Below are positions 60,975 through 64,000 of a stretch of DNA of 64,000 bases, piece after piece (positions within the stretch are counted from its first letter, which is position 1; each line of letters begins with the position of its first letter). Source of the stretch: a virus. Taxonomy: Duplodnaviria > Heunggongvirae > Uroviricota > Caudoviricetes. Both the position numbers and the translations under genes were made by a program. Where the stretch lies: IMG/VR virus record IMGVR_UViG_3300028048_001599. The stretch is one strand, 5' to 3'. Under the pieces are notes generated by a model. It was not told where the DNA came from. It did not search any database and saw only the letters and a program-made list of their open reading frames with translations.

Positions 60975-62069
60975 GTGGTTGTAATGGACTACATAGATGT
61001 AGCCTTAGACCCTGAGGAATTTTTATATCAATATGACAGGGGTATAAGTATAATCAGAGATGCAAGAAAAAGTAAATACCAGTCTGATGAAGAATTGCTT
61101 CAGCATATTATTTCGGAGGATAAAAAAGAACCTACATCTGTAGTTGAAGAAAACACAGAATCAAGGGTAGAAAACAACGATGATGTAGATAATACTGACA
61201 TATTTAAAGACTTTGAGGTATCTCCCGATGAGCTTATTGAAGATGATGACTCTGAGGAGTTTGACGAAGACAGTGATTCTGAAGAGCACATCGTGGATGA
61301 TGAGTACAATGAAGAATTAGAGGACGATTTTGAAGAACTCGAGGACACTGATGATACAATAGATAACTCAGAAAATGAAGACACCATTGATGATTATGAA
61401 GACGAGGATATTGAAGATGAGGACGACTTTGAGGAATCTGAAGACGAGATAATAGAGGACGACTTTGAGGAATCCGAGGAAGAACTAAATGAGGATGACT
61501 TTGAGGAATCTGAAGACGACTTTGAGGAATCCGAGGAAGAACTAAATGAGGATGACTTTGAGGAATCTGAAGACGAGATAATAGAGGACGAGGACGACTT
61601 TGAGGAATCTGAAGACGAGATAATAGAGGACGAGGACGACTTTGAGGAATCTGAAGACGACCTTGTAACTGTAAAATCTTCTACAAAGGTATCAAATAGT
61701 AGTAAAGAAAGTCATTCTTCGTGTAAACCATTACATGGTGAGAGTGACCCTTGGGATAATATCGATGACATCGCCGAAGGGGTAGTTTCTGATTCATCTG
61801 TTCATAAAAAGATAAGAGACGGAGATGAATTATCGAAAGAAAATATTAAAAAACACTCTACAAAAACATCAGAATCAGCACCAACTTCTATTATAAATAG
61901 TGATAAAGGAATCATATATGAAAAGAATATGCCTTTGGTGGAATTTTTGAGAAAGAATAAAAGTATAAGAAAAGTCGATGATGTACTTAAATATTATACT
62001 TTAAAAGATATAAATGAAGCCGTTAAAAAAGGCAGAGTTATGAAAAAGAAAAATAAGTTATTCATTTAA
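60975..62069 (+). CDS. Acidic repeat protein (DDFEESE repeats) with a small basic C-terminal domain
   Basis: D/E-dominated centre. The C-terminus LVEFLRKN...DVLKYYTLKDINEAVKKGRVMKKKNKLFI is compatible with a small winged helix. Confidence 0.8.
   Translation: MVVMDYIDVALDPEEFLYQYDRGISIIRDARKSKYQSDEELLQHIISEDKKEPTSVVEENTESRVENNDDVDNTDIFKDFEVSPDELIEDDDSEEFDEDSDSEEHIVDDEYNEELEDDFEELEDTDDTIDNSENEDTIDDYEDEDIEDEDDFEESEDEIIEDDFEESEEELNEDDFEESEDDFEESEEELNEDDFEESEDEIIEDEDDFEESEDEIIEDEDDFEESEDDLVTVKSSTKVSNSSKESHSSCKPLHGESDPWDNIDDIAEGVVSDSSVHKKIRDGDELSKENIKKHSTKTSESAPTSIINSDKGIIYEKNMPLVEFLRKNKSIRKVDDVLKYYTLKDINEAVKKGRVMKKKNKLFI
61420..61660 (+). repeat. Coding repeats GACTTTGAGGAATC
   Basis: About seven copies encoding DDFEESE. 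Confidence 0.8.
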
Positions 62070-62085
62070 GAAAGGTGATACTATA

Positions 62086-64000
62086 ATGAAAAAAGTGATT
62101 TTATGTTCTTTACTTTGTGCAACATTAATAATGGGGGTATCTGGTTGTTCTTCTAAGACACCTTCTCAGGAAATTGCATCACAGACAAAGGCATTTACAG
62201 CGGAAGAAATCAAAGCTAATCAGACAGCGGGTGCGATAGCAGAACAGAACAACATTGTATTTCAGTACGTTTCCAATTCTGTACAGATTGATAAGGACAA
62301 ATTGATAGCTGTTGAGAAAACAGACGCTGACCGTATCAAGTCTGCTATTTCAGAAATAAACGAAGCTTTGAGAACAGGTGAAACAGTAAAAAAGAATGGG
62401 GTAGTTGAAACGAAACCAACTACAGGTGAGACTTCAGAGTCATCTTCTCAGGTTGCGGAAGTAAATCAGAAATCAGATACTACAATCATTTCTGATAGTA
62501 TTGCAAATTATATGCTTCATAACTTTGCAAAATCTCCGTATTCTTGGAAAATGAATGACTGTAAAATAGTTGGTATGGACTCAGCTACTCATTTATATTT
62601 TGTAGATGTTTATTACGAAACAACTAATGAGAAAAAAGAGGTACTACCAGAAAGTATCATAGTAAAGGGAGAACCGGAGTACTCTACATTATGCGAAAAA
62701 AGACAGGAAGACTACAGCACATTGATGACTTATGCAGTAGGTGGCACTGATAATCTTAAGGAATATCGTGACTCTTTAAAATCATTTGAAACCAAATGGG
62801 GTAAGTTAGATGACATAGCAAAATCTATGGAGTTTGATTCACCTCTTGATTACACCAGACTTTACGGTAAAACAAAATCAGGTATTGGTTGTTACGCATA
62901 TAATAATATTACAAACACTTATGAAATAACTGGTGCAAAAATGGTATATCGTTATGTAATGGGGTACAATTATAACGTAAATGATGAATTACGCATTGAG
63001 CCGAAAGCGGTTTATATGTATAATTACTCTGTAAATAATGGAGAAGACCTTAAGAAAAAATATACTGCGTCTGAGGTTAATGCTGAGGAAGTTTTGAATC
63101 CTTTGGTAAATAAGTTAATTTATAGCTACTCTAAGGCTATGGATGAGTGTGATAATAATGGTTTATATAAACTCTTTAAATCATATAGTAAATATGATAC
63201 CGATGTTAATGCTTACAATGAGTTTGCATACCACAAATATGGTACATATTTATACGATATCTTAGGTAGAGATAATGACAAATTATTTGTTGAAGTAACT
63301 TTCAGTAATAAAGAAAGAACAAAGGGTTCAGCGATGTCGGAGGCTACTTATAAAGATACCCTACTTTTAACATTAATAATTAATGAGGATGATACATTAA
63401 CTCTTATTGATTCACATTTGTTAAATAGAGCACTGATTGGAGAACCGTTATCAGTAATTGAAAAAGTAACCGGGGTATCTGAACAAATCAATTATTCGGA
63501 AAATGCATTTACTGCATCTAATGAAGAAGCTGTTAAGAAAACGATTACTAATTTTATGAAACTTGAATTAACAAAGAATTTTAATAGTGACGTATTTACA
63601 ACATGTATTGATTTGGGTATCAGTAATTCTGAACTGGATAACATTAAGAAAACAATTAATTCGATAGATGCTGGCGAAGTTACAACTTGGATTACAGGTT
63701 ATACAACAAAATCAAATCTTTATGTAAATGCTACTCTTAGAGAAGTGTATAAGGGTTCGGAGACTGATACACAGTCAGAAACATCCGCAAACATTGGTTT
63801 AATAAATCGTAACGGTAATTGGTTCGTTGTTTCATATACCCGTACAATGAATGTAAGATTGACACAGGGAACAACGGTTTCTGACGAAAAATGTCTTGAG
63901 CATTACATAATTAAGGACAATAAGATTTCTTCATTGAAAAAAGAAGTTGCGAAAGTAGCTTCGGATGGTACTACAGAGAGTTCAAACGAAAGCTCAACCG
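62086..64000 (+). CDS. Large lipoprotein, 3'-truncated by the window edge (not in the ORF track)
   Basis: RBS AAAGGTGA. MKKVILCSLLCATLIMGVSG-C lipobox. The frame appears open to the window end. Confidence 0.8.
   Translation, partial: MKKVILCSLLCATLIMGVSGCSSKTPSQEIASQTKAFTAEEIKANQTAGAIAEQNNIVFQYVSNSVQIDKDKLIAVEKTDADRIKSAISEINEALRTGETVKKNGVVETKPTTGETSESSSQVAEVNQKSDTTIISDSIANYMLHNFAKSPYSWKMNDCKIVGMDSATHLYFVDVYYETTNEKKEVLPESIIVKGEPEYSTLCEKRQEDYSTLMTYAVGGTDNLKEYRDSLKSFETKWGKLDDIAKSMEFDSPLDYTRLYGKTKSGIGCYAYNNITNTYEITGAKMVYRYVMGYNYNVNDELRIEPKAVYMYNYSVNNGEDLKKKYTASEVNAEEVLNPLVNKLIYSYSKAMDECDNNGLYKLFKSYSKYDTDVNAYNEFAYHKYGTYLYDILGRDNDKLFVEVTFSNKERTKGSAMSEATYKDTLLLTLIINEDDTLTLIDSHLLNRALIGEPLSVIEKVTGVSEQINYSENAFTASNEEAVKKTITNFMKLELTKNFNSDVFTTCIDLGISNSELDNIKKTINSIDAGEVTTWITGYTTKSNLYVNATLREVYKGSETDTQSETSANIGLINRNGNWFVVSYTRTMNVRLTQGTTVSDEKCLEHYIIKDNKISSLKKEVAKVASDGTTESSNESST

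Larger units (their letters stand above)
276..63477 (+). repeat. Dispersed strand-polarised hexamer GGGGTA
   Basis: About 130 copies counted by hand on + (e.g. 276, 672, 1662, 5861, 9572, 14501, 24241, 31741, 38191, 46683, 57963, 62961). No TACCCC noticed. Confidence 0.9.

Noticed and set aside
925-61387. All minus-strand ORFs and short nested plus-strand ORFs in the track (e.g. 30902-31573, 45058-45627, 4691-4927, 58666-58929)
   Set aside because: They overlap longer RBS-bearing plus-strand genes and are shadows of codon bias or repeats, with no motifs.
1-64000. Jumbo phage or prophage interpretation
   Set aside because: No terminase, portal, capsid, tail or integrase motifs were recognised, and the membrane/ATPase cluster fits conjugation better. 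It cannot be excluded for sequence outside the window.

Overview
AT-rich window (about one third G+C by eye) in which every credible gene is on the + strand. It reads as part of a large extrachromosomal element of a Clostridia-like (possibly Ruminococcus-like) host, most likely a conjugative megaplasmid or ICE-like replicon. No phage virion genes, relaxase, rRNA, tRNA or CRISPR array were recognised. Layout: (1) 1-6.2 kb, core hypotheticals, a lipoprotein and a hyper-acidic repeat protein. (2) 6.3-12.1 kb, a defence pair: GIY-YIG/DUF5655-like nuclease plus MmeI-like Type IIL restriction-methyltransferase. (3) 12.1-14.3 kb, an 8-bp repeat array between twin hairpins, then an XRE-HTH + TnpB cassette with a putative omega-RNA and no transposase. 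(4) 14.3-30.4 kb, about 30 small accessory genes (DUF6927-like, SprT-like, DUF3592-like, secreted proteins, NlpC/P60). (5) 30.5-35.1 kb, a strongly promoted unknown gene plus DnaX-like, HU-like and YdjM-like genes. (6) 33-64 kb, a divergent Gram-positive type IV secretion/conjugation-like cluster: five signal-peptide + two-TM pilin-like genes, a 1970-aa VirB6-like protein, a multi-domain wall hydrolase, VirB8- and VirB3-like proteins, a degenerate ParA/MinD-like protein, a VirB4-like ATPase and an FtsK-like coupling ATPase. The most striking signal is the hexamer GGGGTA. I counted about 130 copies by hand on the + strand, in all reading frames and between genes, and found no copy of the reverse complement TACCCC. 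This points to an element-specific, orientation-polarised DNA signal. All family assignments come from motif recognition by eye, not database searches.
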